Source: Octopus bimaculoides (Eukaryota). From it: a stretch of DNA of 64,000 nucleotides. This document shows, piece after piece, positions 49,401 to 59,428 of the stretch (its first letter is position 1; every line of letters starts with the position of its first letter). The translations under genes and the position numbers were made by a program. The DNA lies in NCBI RefSeq assembly GCF_001194135.2, contig NC_068986.1, positions 31,181,203 to 31,245,202 of the forward strand. The letters are read 5' to 3'. Below the pieces are notes generated by a model. It searched no databases, was not told the DNA's origin, and worked only from the letters and a program-made list of their open reading frames with translations.

Positions 49401-50742
49401 TCTTGGGATATAACATCCTTTTATTTGTCTTAATTTTGCTTCTCAGTGTATGGGGCTTTGGCTATGACCTAATTAATCTCTGGTCTTTATTTACCAAAGG
49501 AATCTTCCACCACTAAATAATGGTATTTTCATATTTGGCATGCATTATCCATTGACACTACATATCAAGTTGGAATTAAGTTCACTGAAATATTGGTAAA
49601 TTAGCAATGCCTTACTCAACCTCTTCTCGACTTCACTAATAAACTACCAATGTGGCAAATTGCCAGAATTGTTTGAATGTTTGATAGAATGCTTTTGGTA
49701 TTTGTTCTCACTCTTTACACTCTTGAAGTATATTTCATTGTCTTCAAGAATCTTTAAAAAACATAGTTTGAACATAGTTTTTTTTCCTTATACTTCGACA
49801 TTATCAAAAGCTGAGATCTAGTTTGATTTTGTAGGTCATCAAATTTTAATGATGAATTTCTTTCATGATTTCAGGTTCAAAACCTAATCAAAATTGCAAA
49901 AACTAATTATGTTGTGATGAAACTATTGTTAAGTGGTCACAAAAAGGACTCCTCAGTAAGTATATTCAGTTTGTATTCTTTCCTTCATATGAATCTTGGG
50001 ATTAGTGTAATCTGCTCCCAAGTGTTTCACACATTACAGATTATTAATTTTCTGAATGTCTTTTCAGATGCTACTCTGAAAACATTTAACTCTTTAGCAT
50101 TCAGATTATTCTGTCAAATGGAATACTTATTTATTCATTTTGTTAATCGAACTAAATTCGACGACTGGCACCCATGTGGCAAGCCAAGTGAGACCATAAT
50201 CTAAGGCCTCTGCCAGGGGAGTAGCCAGCCCACTTATGCGTACCTTTCCTTCATTGGACACTAAACTCCACTTGCAAAGACCTGTTGAGGCAAGTGAAAT
50301 CGAAATCGAACTAAATTCAACGACTGGCACCCATGCCAACATCTCCTCCATTGGACACTGAACTCGGCTTGCGAAGACCTGTTGGGGCAAGTGAAAGCAA
50401 TTGTTACCGTATTTCTTTTGAATTTTCTTACAAGCTCAGCCCGAGGCTATAGTAGAAGACACTTGCCCAAAGTGCCATGCAGTGGGATTGAACCTGGAAT
50501 CATGTGGTTGGTAAGCAAGCTACTTACCGCACAGCCACTCCTGCACCTATCTGTTTATTTTCAGAGCAAGAATTGTTATATAAGATATTTACAACTAAAA
50601 AAAGACAGATGAGAGCAGTTAAAAAAATATGCAATAACTTTGTAGAATTAAAATTAAATATTTTTCTTTGTTGTTTTTACAGGATCCACCCGAATTTGAC
50701 TTCAGCCTCAGCAAAGTTTGTCCTGTAATTAAATTAAATTAA
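6837..50742 (+). CDS. NAA35: NAA35 (MAK10), N-alpha-acetyltransferase 35, NatC auxiliary subunit; whole coding span with 19 visible exons plus one missing
   Basis: Spliced translation contains [82 protein letters not shown] and PPEFDFS. All introns are GT-AG and phases agree except across 39018-46499. Visible CDS is 2074 nt. Confidence 0.97.
7218..7525 (-). mobile_element. Partial copy of SINE family A (tRNA head, CORE-like centre, internal CA/TA microsatellite; OR2-like from memory)
   Basis: Near-identical to 39255-39662, 30720-31045, 34245-34515 and 37195-38670 (e.g. GGCCATGCTGGAGCACCGCCTTTAGTCGAGCAAATCGACC). Confidence 0.85.
10588..10725 (+). CDS. NAA35: NAA35 exon 2
   Basis: ttttcag|T GAA...; [45 protein letters not shown]; donor gtgagt. 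Confidence 0.92.
11649..11763 (+). CDS. NAA35: NAA35 exon 3
   Basis: [38 protein letters not shown]; ttttacag / gtaaat. Confidence 0.97.
12930..13004 (+). CDS. NAA35: NAA35 exon 4
   Basis: [25 protein letters not shown]; tttcag / gtaagt. Confidence 0.95.
14252..14419 (+). CDS. NAA35: NAA35 exon 5
   Basis: [22 protein letters not shown]...[10 protein letters not shown]; tttttag / gtaaga. Confidence 0.97.
15335..15660 (-). mobile_element. SINE family D (tRNA head, TTGTGTCCTTGAGCAAGACACTTTATTTCACGTTGCTCCAGT core)
   Basis: Related copies at 16850-17005 (+) and 55335-55510 (-). Confidence 0.75.
15862..15972 (+). CDS. NAA35: NAA35 exon 6
   Basis: [37 protein letters not shown]; cacag / gtaatt. 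Confidence 0.96.
16579..16629 (+). CDS. NAA35: NAA35 exon 7
   Basis: [17 protein letters not shown]; ttttacag / gttagt. Confidence 0.9.
17079..17162 (+). CDS. NAA35: NAA35 exon 8
   Basis: [28 protein letters not shown]; cttccag / gtgagt. Confidence 0.93.
17765..17882 (+). CDS. NAA35: NAA35 exon 9
   Basis: [39 protein letters not shown]; uses an AAG acceptor; donor gtatgt, phase 1. Confidence 0.88.
18330..18511 (+). CDS. NAA35: NAA35 exon 10
   Basis: [24 protein letters not shown]...TSLHNML; ttgtag / gtaagt. Confidence 0.97.
19277..19434. mobile_element. hAT-type MITE, 158 bp
   Basis: 11-bp TIRs CAGGTGCGGAC / GTCCGCTCCTG (1 mismatch) and a perfect 8-bp TSD CGTTAACC at 19269-19276 and 19435-19442. 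Confidence 0.9.
19652..19711 (+). CDS. NAA35: NAA35 exon 11
   Basis: [20 protein letters not shown]; ttgcag / gtatgt. Confidence 0.96.
20126..20640 (-). mobile_element. Degenerate RTE LINE 3' fragment
   Basis: [37 protein letters not shown], then a frameshifted GRGRLRKTW-like segment and the family 3' UTR. Confidence 0.8.
20714..20820 (+). CDS. NAA35: NAA35 exon 12
   Basis: [35 protein letters not shown](K); ttttag / gtaagt, phase 2. Confidence 0.93.
21015..21660 (+). mobile_element. RTE LINE ORF2 C-terminus plus tandem-repeat 3' UTR
   Basis: [24 protein letters not shown], followed by ~60-65 bp units GGTGGCACGTAAAA-GCACCATTTGAGCGTG-TCGTTGCCAG and the AGGAAGGGCATCCAGC tail. Similar 3' pieces at 13165-13458, 19830-20125, 38342-38500, 41765-42065 (-), 50140-50400, 51025-51182, 60575-60950. 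Confidence 0.85.
21928..22093 (+). CDS. NAA35: NAA35 exon 13
   Basis: [17 protein letters not shown]...[24 protein letters not shown]; cttcag / gttcgt. Confidence 0.96.
23343..24045 (-). mobile_element. hAT (Charlie/Buster, ZBED5/SCAND3-like) transposase remnant
   Basis: [29 protein letters not shown], then in another frame [20 protein letters not shown]...KLKLF...FAQFPSL...[10 protein letters not shown]...WFVDPF. Frameshifted and internally deleted. Confidence 0.85.
24549..24772. mobile_element. Degenerate hAT MITE
   Basis: Ends CAGGGAGGGGCAAC / GTTGCCCATGCATG, with internal GGGCCGCA motifs typical of Charlie-like MITEs. No clear TSD. Confidence 0.55.
24802..25033 (+). mobile_element. SINE family B (head AAGGCGGCGAGCTGGCAG; centre TTTGCCTTTCATCCTTTCGGGGTCGATAAA-T-AGTACCAG)
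   Basis: More than 15 diverged copies in the window, e.g. 10985-11620, 18885-19090, 26570-27480, 44700-45075, 57980-58194. B-box-like GAGTTCAAATTC present. Confidence 0.85.
26570..27550 (-). mobile_element. Head-to-tail array of four SINE family B copies separated by (AAT)n
   Basis: Repeating unit ...ATCCTTTCTACTATAGGCACAAGGCCTGAAAT...GCTCGCCACCTTAATAAT on the plus strand. Confidence 0.85.
28830..29340 (-). mobile_element. Mariner (DD34D-type) transposase remnant
   Basis: Frameshifted [33 protein letters not shown]..., [13 protein letters not shown] and [33 protein letters not shown]. Confidence 0.85.
29965..30235. repeat. (CAT/CAC)n low-complexity trinucleotide tract
   Basis: Degenerate catcat/caccac run. 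It produces the poly-P/S and poly-V/M ORFs in the track. Confidence 0.9.
34880..35215. repeat. (CT)n compound microsatellite spanning a gap
   Basis: ctctctctcaccct and ctctctcagt units. Confidence 0.95.
36916..37094 (+). CDS. NAA35: NAA35 exon 14
   Basis: [12 protein letters not shown]...[14 protein letters not shown]...[15 protein letters not shown](W); ttgcag / gttagt. Confidence 0.96.
38933..39018 (+). CDS. NAA35: NAA35 exon 15
   Basis: [28 protein letters not shown]; ttatag / gtaagt, ends in phase 1. Confidence 0.94.
39255..39662 (-). mobile_element. Near full-length SINE family A copy
   Basis: Minus strand reads tRNA-like head (GGAGTGGCTGTGTGGTAAG...GGTTCA..CCCA), then GGCACTTTGGGCAAGTGTCTTCTACTATAGCC, a microsatellite, and a tail ending GAAACAAGTAAAAGAG. 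Confidence 0.88.
42066..42939. other. Assembly gap (one of nine: 4315-4952, 25181-25190, 32634-32750, 35022-35084, 35657-35961, 37447-38341, 42066-42939, 43591-44106, 56909-56938)
   Basis: Runs of N. Confidence 0.99.
45933..46227. mobile_element. hAT/Charlie-like MITE
   Basis: TIRs CAGGAGTTTTCAAAC / GTTTGAAAACCCCTG; 8-bp TSD GTCTATAT / GTGTATAT (7/8). Confidence 0.88.
46499..46639 (+). CDS. NAA35: NAA35 exon 17 (exon 16 not visible)
   Basis: [47 protein letters not shown]; cctcag / gtaaga. Confidence 0.96.
46935..47144. mobile_element. TTAA-flanked (piggyBac-like) MITE
   Basis: TTAA-CCCTTTCGTTAC ... GTAACGAAAGGG-TTAA, a perfect 12-bp TIR. Reverse diverged copy at about 32965-33183. A second family (CCCTTTAGCATT ends) occurs at 11961-12187, 22380-22595 and 51690-51919. 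Confidence 0.85.
47287..47409 (+). CDS. NAA35: NAA35 exon 18
   Basis: [41 protein letters not shown]; cctcag / gtgagt. Confidence 0.95.
49875..49955 (+). CDS. NAA35: NAA35 exon 19
   Basis: [27 protein letters not shown]; tttcag / gtaagt. Confidence 0.95.
50683..50742 (+). CDS. NAA35: NAA35 last coding exon (20)
   Basis: [19 protein letters not shown]; tttacag acceptor. AATAAA candidates at about 50918 and 50978. Confidence 0.95.
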   Translation, partial: DPPEFDFSLSKVCPVIKLN

Positions 50743-51984
50743 TTTGGCACCTGTGTATTATTCTACCTTTTGGCATACCAATGTCATTAGAATGAGGAGC
50801 TGATCTAAACCAAAACTTACATTGGTTCGTTCAGGTGGATTGAGTGTTTTGTTGTTACTGCTATGTGCACAAATGGTCTGAACATTGGCTGATGTTGATC
50901 AGAGACAAATAAATACCTGCTTTGTTGCAAACAATTCTTTGATTGCATCAGTTTTTAAATCTTTTGTTAAAAATTGATAATAAAAATTTTAAAAATACTT
51001 TGTTTCTTTCCTTATTGCTTTCATTAGTGGTTGGCGTTAGGAAGGGCATCCAGCTGTAGAAACTCTGCCAAATTTAGATTGGAGCCTGGTGTTGCCATCC
51101 AGTTTCACCAGTCCTCAGTCAAATCGTCCAACCCATGCTAGCATGGAAAGCGGATGTTAAACGATGATGATGATGATGATGAATTCTGTTTAATTGTCTG
51201 TAATAATTATAGGCAATTAATAATTGTATAATAATTGCATAGTATTTTTAAAATGCCAAACCATTAAGCAGGAAATGTATGTAAAATTGATTATTAATTG
51301 CATGTGTAAATAAAGTCAGTTTTGATTAATAGATAAAATTATTTTCTAATTTTGAGCAAGAAACTAGCAAAATGTATTAGATTGAATATAAATTTGATGG
51401 AGATTTTGAGACTTCATTTTCATGAGTTAAAGTAGAAAGTTTGCTGTGTTTACCAACAAATGGTGCTAAAAAATCAAATGAATTAAAGACTATCAAGATT
51501 TAGATTTATGGTAACTGTTTAATGAAATGTCAATAAATTAACCCTTTCATTTCTATATTTCTGTTAAAACACATTGCTTTTATTTCAATTAATTTTTAAA
51601 ATAACAAAGAATTTAGTAAAATAATTTTGTCATTTTTAATCCGGTGTTTAGACATGAATTAACATAAAACTTTGATGGTGGGTTTTAGTATAACCCTTTA
51701 GCATTCAGATTTCTATGTCCAATTTATTGTTTATTTAGTCACATTGTTTGAAATTTATCAGGCATTTATCCCATAGCTTCAGTATTGTGATTAAGTAATT
51801 GTATATTTTTAGAATGACATTGTAGAGTAGGTGTGAGAGGTTGGATCTGGTCAATTTTTGACTTAAAACAGGTAGAATATTTTGGCTGGATATGGCTGGT
51901 TTAAATGCTAAAGGGTTAAATCACTTTAAATCAGGAAATTTATATCATAAAATTAATCTCAGGTGGGCTGGTATCAGACGATTG

Positions 51985-52235
51985 CTCAGGAATCAGAGAG
52001 GCACTCCAGGTAGAGTCATTACTTCTTTGAAATGAGAAATCACAGCCCTGATGTTATGCACCTGTGGTAAAAAAATGTCTCAGGAAGAATTGCTGGACAG
52101 GTTTTACAGGCAAAAACCAACTGGCAGAAAACCCAGGGGCAGACCATAAACAAGATGGCTGGATAACATCCGTGAACTTAACTTGTCACAATTGGCAAAC
52201 CAGCTAGATCAATTGGAGGCTGTTGCTTCAGGCAG
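51985..52235 (+). mobile_element. Degenerate LINE ORF2 C-terminal fragment
   Basis: IREALQVESLLL...PTGRKPRGRP*TRWLDNI, the G-R-P-x-x-R-W motif of RTE-like ORF2 ends. Confidence 0.65.
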
Positions 52236-53299
52236 GCCCTGATATCTTCTCTTCCTTATCTTCCCAATCTCTCTTGGATCTTCCTCTAATATCCAACAAA
52301 GTTTATACCTTCGCTAAGGAATTCTAATAATCCAAAAAAGTAGAAGTTTTTCCCTTGCTTTGCTTGACTAAAATATAATGCTAGTTAACTCCAAGCATTT
52401 TCTTAATCACTGTATTATAACTCTATTATGGTTATTTCTGATGTTGAAAACACTGGGAACAATAAAACCAAAGTTTTTATATTTTCTGTTTAAGAAACCA
52501 ACATCTTATCCCCTTGATCATTGTGAAACCTTAACATCGGACACTTATTTTCAGCAGGAGATATACTACAGCCTTACCTACCTCCATACTACTACAATGA
52601 ACTAAATACCATGCCAATATCTGAAACGATTTCTGTATTTTGAGTGAGGGTGGGACTGAAGATAGAGGAGGTCTGAATAAAATACTAAGAGAGATAAAAT
52701 CATATAAGTCATTTAGTTCAGAACTAGATCTACTCCTTTACCATCCTTCCATTAAATCATATAAATTTCTTCACAATGGATTCGTGAGAAAAGCGAATAA
52801 GAGTTTCAAGTGAGCAAATGTAGATTTCAAGAGATAACTTGTAAAATGACCTCATGTTTTGTTAATTCAATATATTTACTATTTGTAAGTCATCTATTCC
52901 CAAAAGTTTAGTAACTGGGGGGGAATTAGATTCCACTGGAATTCATCTCAGCATGTTTAAACCCTATTCATATCTCCTGTCACCATCCTTTTATTGTAAG
53001 CTCGGCATTTTGTATATTTACTCAAGTGCTGTATGATAAAGAAAAGTCTATATGTTTATATCTTAACCAAGTAAGCCAACATTTATAAACAGTAATATCC
53101 AGGGAAAAAAATCAAATATTTGAATTCTAGAACTTTAGTAACTTTTGTGTATTTTAAAAGGGAATGGTTTCAAACATATGGAATGAAATTGTAAACTAAA
53201 TAAACAAAAGTATATATTTTCACTCATTTGTTTCCCCTGAACTAAGAATTCTTTTGTTTTCATCTGAAATATGTAATGTTTTTTTTAAATAAAGTTTTA

Positions 53300-54700
53300 G
53301 TTCTGATAATTTTAAGGGCAGGAGACATCAAATGCTATGAGATTCATGATTTTTTCCAAGAGTATTAATGGTGAATATGACCCAAGAATAGAAATTGGGT
53401 GGCTTGATAACCTCAGAAAATATTGGTGTCTTTTGATAGCTTTGTTTAATTTATGTTGTGCAATGGAAAGGGGTCGTGCTCATAGCCTTTGTTAACCTTT
53501 CCAGGTTGAAGTTGTTAATGTGAATGATGTTTAGTTTGAAGCTATTCAGACTGGTGCATACAAGGAAAATGTAGACAGAAAAGGGAGTTCCAGAAAATTA
53601 CAACAACGCGGATGAAGAATCAGCTAAGTGTTGAGATGGTGATTATGGGTGAATATGAAACAGGAGCATTGAAAGGGGTTTCACATGGTTGGTATACAAC
53701 TTGCTGGTTCAGGAGAGCAAAACCATTGCAATAACCTTTTGAAGAAATGAAGAGAGGACCTAAAACATCTACAGATTGCTATGTAACATACTGATGAGAG
53801 AAAGTTTGATAATTAAACAGAGACAAGTAAGGTGGACTTGGTCAGAGCACAGTAGTTACTTATTGTTGATACTGTTTAAGGTTATTCTGTCTGGATGTAT
53901 ACTACAACAATAACTGCAGAGGAACAGTGGCTGTCATTCTCTAACAGTCCACCTTGCTTGTTCTGAGAATGGAACCACTGATGTGTAATTTCCATGAAAG
54001 ATCACCAGAGGTTTATGATTGTAGCCTTAATTGTGTGAGGAATATAGAAGAACATCTCCAGGAGGACCATTTCAGTTACCCACTTAGAAGTCTTTTATGG
54101 TTTAAGAGTGTAGCAAATTTTTAGTCGAGAGTAATCAGCATAGAATTGGTAGTTTTGATCAATTTGTTGACCTGAAGTGTGAGAGGGTTTAATATAAGGA
54201 GTTGTTTTGCACTAGGATTATGTGAGGTGGATTGCTTTGATGAGGCAATGATTAGAGGATCTGATTTAGAAAGAGACTGTGATAGAAGGATAAAAACTGG
54301 GGCTGGAGGTGAGAAAGAGTTTAAGAATATTTGGAGAGTTTATACATGTAAGTGAGAAGACAATGTATACAGGCTGTCCAAAGTGGCAAATGTCAAAGAA
54401 TTTGTAGCAGGGATGTTATTCTGGGTTGAATTGAAGAGCCAAGAAAAGTTGAGCATATGTAGATGGCTGAGCATTTAAGTAGAAGTGAGTTGAGCTACAT
54501 AACCTCAGTGTTAAACAAGAAGTAGCTGGATAAGTGCTGGAGGCTGGAAGAATTTAGAGAATGGTAAAGCTAGTAAATGAGTGTAAAGGAATGAAGAAGA
54601 GGGACTTTGTTGAGTAGAGTTCAATACTCAAAAACTGAATAAATCTGTAAACTATCTAAATGTTCAGATTAGAGATATTTACTTAATGTTGCCACTTTGA
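53300..54700 (-). mobile_element. Highly decayed CR1/L2-like LINE
   Basis: Purine-skewed plus strand. Minus-strand remnants include SGDLSWKLHI and QFYADYS (YADD-like). Many stops. Confidence 0.45.
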
Positions 54701-55119
54701 CAAGTACCTGCTGAAACAATGGAAAATCATGCCATTACCTGACTTAATGAATCATTAATTTTATTTTTACCAGGAACAATCATTCTCCCTATTCCTTGTT
54801 TCACTTTTAATCAATTAAGAGACATTCATGATCACACACTATTTTATTGTAATACTTCTATTTCCAAGTTCATTTCCACTTAACTGAATTGTTCTATGCT
54901 TAACTATTTATCAGAAATATGCACAATTTCTCTATTCAGCTTTAACCAATAACAGATACTCTCATTCTTACTCTAGATAACAATACAGTTTCAGTTCTCT
55001 AAATTTCCATATTTATTTTCACATAGTTACTCATTACTCTTAGTAATATTTTACATATTCTTTATGTTCTTTACCTTACCGTTCGGTTATGAATGACAAT
55101 AGGACTGCACCTAGAAAGT

Positions 55120-55325
55120 TCCCCTCCTTGGCACAAATCTGGGTAATGTCGTTTTTATGGAAAACCAGTAGTTGCCCATGCATACTATCCACCCCTCTCC
55201 ATGCCACAGATGTTATCCAAGGTCCCCTCCTTGGCACAAATCTGGGTAATGTCGTTTTTATGGAAAACCAGTAGTTGCCCATGCATACTATCCATCCCTC
55301 TCCATGCCACAGATGTTATCCAAGG
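55120..55325. repeat. Two-copy 103-bp tandem duplication
   Basis: 55120-55222 and 55223-55325 differ at one base (ccacccctc vs ccatccctc). Confidence 0.92.
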
Positions 55326-57341
55326 GAAAGGCAAAGGCCAATACAGCTTGGCACCAGTGACATCGCGACTCATTTCTACATCTGAGTGAACTGGAGCAAC
55401 GTAAAATAAAGTGTGTTGCTCAAGAACACAACATAAACATCTAATCTGGGGATTGAACTCACTACTTCATGATTGCGAGCCCAATGCTTTAACCACTGAG
55501 CCATGCACCTTCACAAAATATATATCATCATCATCATCATTGTTTAACATCCACCTTCCATTCTTATTTCTTTATTGCTCACAAGGGGCTAAAGATAGAG
55601 GGGACAAACAAGGACAGACAAAGGGATTAAGTTGATTACATCGACCCCAATGCGTAACTGGTACTGATGTTGGTGTGTTTACGTCCCCGTAACTTAGCGG
55701 TTCGGCAAAAGAGATCGATAGAATAAGTACTAGGCTTACGAAGAATAAGTCCTGGGGTCGATTTCTTCGACCAAAGGCAGTGCTTCAGCATGGCCGCAGT
55801 CAAATGACTGAAACAAATAAAGGAAAAGAATATATGTGCGTGTGTGTATATGCGTGCGTGTGCGCAAAACCATCGGGCAATTAAATTTACACTGATATAG
55901 TCACGTTTTTAACGTTAGACCACAGAAACAATGATATTTTATGGTAGGATGTAAGAATGTTTCAGGACAGGACACTAATTCGTGTAAAAGTTGCAGAACT
56001 TAAGATTAATGTTTCTAGGATTTGTCTGAAACGAAATCAGGATTTATCGAGTCAGAGTTCAACTATTCAATTGTGCCGCAGGGTGGGCTTGATGCATTAC
56101 TGCAATGGGTGTTAACATCAAATATACAAAAGAGAATTAATTGGAAGGGAGGGATTATTAGAGCCAGTTGAAAGTATCAGTTACTCTGGTAGTCACTTTG
56201 TGCATCATGTCATGTGTTAGGATGGCGGCGTTGGGGCCCGTCATGCGTTTAGGATGCTGCAGATAAAAAGGGGAGGAGCGCCAGTAACCCCAGGACCTCG
56301 GGTCCAGGTTATTTTTGTCGGACTGGTTGCGTATATATCGATATATACGTGGGTGTGTCTACTAATATGCTTTTGTGTTCGTATATATAAACATGTGCAT
56401 GCGTATACACATACATGCATACGTATAAACATATAAGTAAGTAACTGAACATATTTATACATGTGTATGCGTGTATTTATACATAATATATCTGAGTATG
56501 TGTGGATGTTGTTGAGTGAGTGGGTGGGTTTGAAAAGACATGTCACCTTCATTTGTCATAAAAAAAACTGGTCATTTAACTGAACCTATTGCCTCCCAAT
56601 CTTCATAATTTATTATTTCTGTCAAATTTCTACCACTCTGATCATTTATCCTTCGAACATCCACCTTAAATTCCGCCTCATAACTGAAACTTCTTCCTAA
56701 CATGACCGCCGTGTCATAATTATTACGTATTAGCTTCCTTAATCATAACCCCTCCCATATAAACCAATTGCTTCATACCCATCCTTTGAATTAAATGTTA
56801 TTTAAGTTCAATGCTAGTCGTTAGATTTTAGAGTTTGAATTAGCCGTACACTTGGCGTAACTCGAAGTTACTGTCAAAAAGAAATATATATATATATATA
56901 TATATATANNNNNNNNNNNNNNNNNNNNNNNNNNNNNNACAAGGAAATGCACTCCAGGTGCCCCAGCATGGCCACAGTCCAACGACTGGCATAAGCAAAA
57001 CATAGAAGATAAACACACACGCATATATGCAGACATCCTCTGATATATATACATACACACACGCGCAAATCATATCACTTGCTTTTAAAGAAACACATTA
57101 AACATTTTTCTTTTTTTTTTTTGGTGAAATATTATTTTCGGCCTCTTAAATGCCCGTTTAATAGTCGCGACAGTCCCAAGGCATCACGTTCTTCGTCCCC
57201 GCCGTCAACGCCACTGCCTTCGCCAACTTCGCTATTGTCGCTCCTGCTGCTACTCTCAAAGAATCAAGTTACCATCCAACTCGAAGTTAAACAGAAGCGA
57301 AACTTCTTTTTCGAAAGATTCTCCACTTGGAGAAGGACAAG

Positions 57342-57403
57342 ATGAGGGACCGAATAGCAATATATCTAGTTTTACTAGCAGGGCTCATTACTGTAGCCAG
57401 AAG
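57342..57403 (+). CDS. Exon 1 (signal peptide) of a secreted alpha-2-macroglobulin/TEP-like gene
   Basis: MRDRIAIYLVLLAGLITVAR(S): basic n-region, hydrophobic h-region, A-x-S cleavage site. Donor AG|gtaatt, phase 2. CpG-rich 5' region at 57150-57340. Confidence 0.7.
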
Positions 57404-59049
57404 GTAATTATTATACGTTTTTTTTTAAATCTCTGTTTTTGTGGTGGTACCATAGTATGAATCTCTTCATACATTGAAAAAGGAAAAAAAAAAAGCACGT
57501 TCAATCACTCACGTACAAACATTTGTTTCTGGTCACTGTTTATATAAAGTGTGTGTGCGTATGTGTGTGTGTGTGTGTGTATTCATATACACACATATAT
57601 CGACCGATTTCTTACATAGATGCAATCACAAAGTTTGTATCTATGAATGCGAGTAGTTGTGTGTGTGTGTGTGTGTGAGCGTGGATGGATGCGTTTATAC
57701 CACAGTATTTGACTGCTACCTATTTTATTGTACGAACCCCAAAGGATGAAATGCAAAGTTGATCTAGATAGGTTTCGAAATCAGAAATAGCCTAATTATA
57801 TTACAAACATATATCTCGCTTCTACCAAACTCTCTCAATCTCTTTGCTTGCTTGTTTGTTTCACAGTGTGTGTGTGTTTGTGTACATACATACATACATA
57901 CATACATACATACATGCATACACACATGCATACATACATACATACAAACAATTGTGTATGAATGCATAATATAAATATGGGTTTCAAATTTTGGCACAAG
58001 GCCAGCAACACCTGCGTAGGGGGTTAGTCGATTATATCGACCCCAGTACTCAACTGGTGTTTATATTATAGATTCCCGAAAGAATGAAAGGCAAAGTCGA
58101 CCTCGGCGGAATTTGAACTCAGAACATAAAGACAGACGAAATACCGCTAAGTATTTCGCCCAGTATGTTAACGTTTCTGCCAGCTCGCTGCCTTACATAT
58201 TATAAATCGACCTCAGGACAAGTTCGTTGTATGCCTAGTACTTATTCTATCGGGTTTTTTTTCCGAACCGCTAAGTTACGGGGACGTAACACACACACAC
58301 ACGTCTTCAGTAAAGGGTGAGTGCTTGTGCCTGATGAGTTAAACGTTTCACATACATCTGCCTGAGAATCATGCTGAGGGTCTTCTTGTCTGTGAAATAC
58401 TCAACCACTTACATGCTAATTCAATGAGTAAGTAGTTAGTTAAATCGATCGAACAACTGAACACTCACCGTCGAAGTCAACGGAGATACATTTACATTGG
58501 CTCTCCATACATTGTATCCAGAATCAGGGTTTCTAAGCAACGGCAATGCAGACCAACACAGCTTCGCATTCCTACACGTGTGTTCCTCTCCACCTTCGTT
58601 TTCTCATAACTTCCAGAAAAATTGATATTTTTAAATGAAATTTTCTGCAAACATGCTTCAGATTGTGTAGATCCCAACTATATCGGAATTTGTTTGGAAA
58701 TATTTTTTCTGTGGGTGGAAAGACGAGTTTCGGAAAGTTCACACGAATAGGCTTTGTTTCCTCTACCACCTTCAGAAAATAGGTATTTTTTTAATGAATT
58801 TTTTAAACAAATACTTTCCAGAGTGTATAAATTACGATTATAAGGGAATTTGATGTAAAAAGAAAAATAGTGAGCACATAGACATATACATTGACACACA
58901 TCACAATATTTTTTGAAAGTATGCGGTGAAGTCACTTGGCGCAGATTGACCTTGAACTCTGTTGCACATGCATACTAAGTTATAACATTCTTGCTCACTT
59001 CTGTTGTTTGTAGCAGTGCTTGGACATAAAATGTGTAAAGCATGGTCGT

Positions 59050-59428
59050 CTCAGAAAGAAGATTAGGTTTCAGCTGTATAAGATCTCATTGATTGTGTTG
59101 AGAAAGATGAAAACTTTTTGAAAACAGTCATATCAGGTGACGAATTGTAGATCTGGCTGTGACCCCAAAAACCAAGGCTCAGTCTCCACAGTAAAAGACC
59201 CCAACGGGATTTCAAGATGTCAAGGAAATCCAAGAGAATGCAATGAAGTAGTTGCTTGATATCCCAAAAAAGGAGTTCCAGAAATGCTTCCATCAATGAA
59301 ACAATGCTGGATGAAGTGTGTGGCTTCAGAAGGGGACTATTTTGAAGGAGATTAGATGTTGAATTGATATGTGTTGTAATTTTCTTTTTATAGTACCTGT
59401 CTCAAAACTTTTTGATCAGACCTCGTAT
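59050..59428 (+). mobile_element. Internally deleted mariner element (3' part)
   Basis: EKDENFLKTVISGDE...DPKTKAQS fused to FQDVKEIQENAM...KEFQKCFHQ*KQCWMKCVASEGDYFEGD*; terminal CTTTTTGATCAGACCTCG-TA. Confidence 0.8.
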
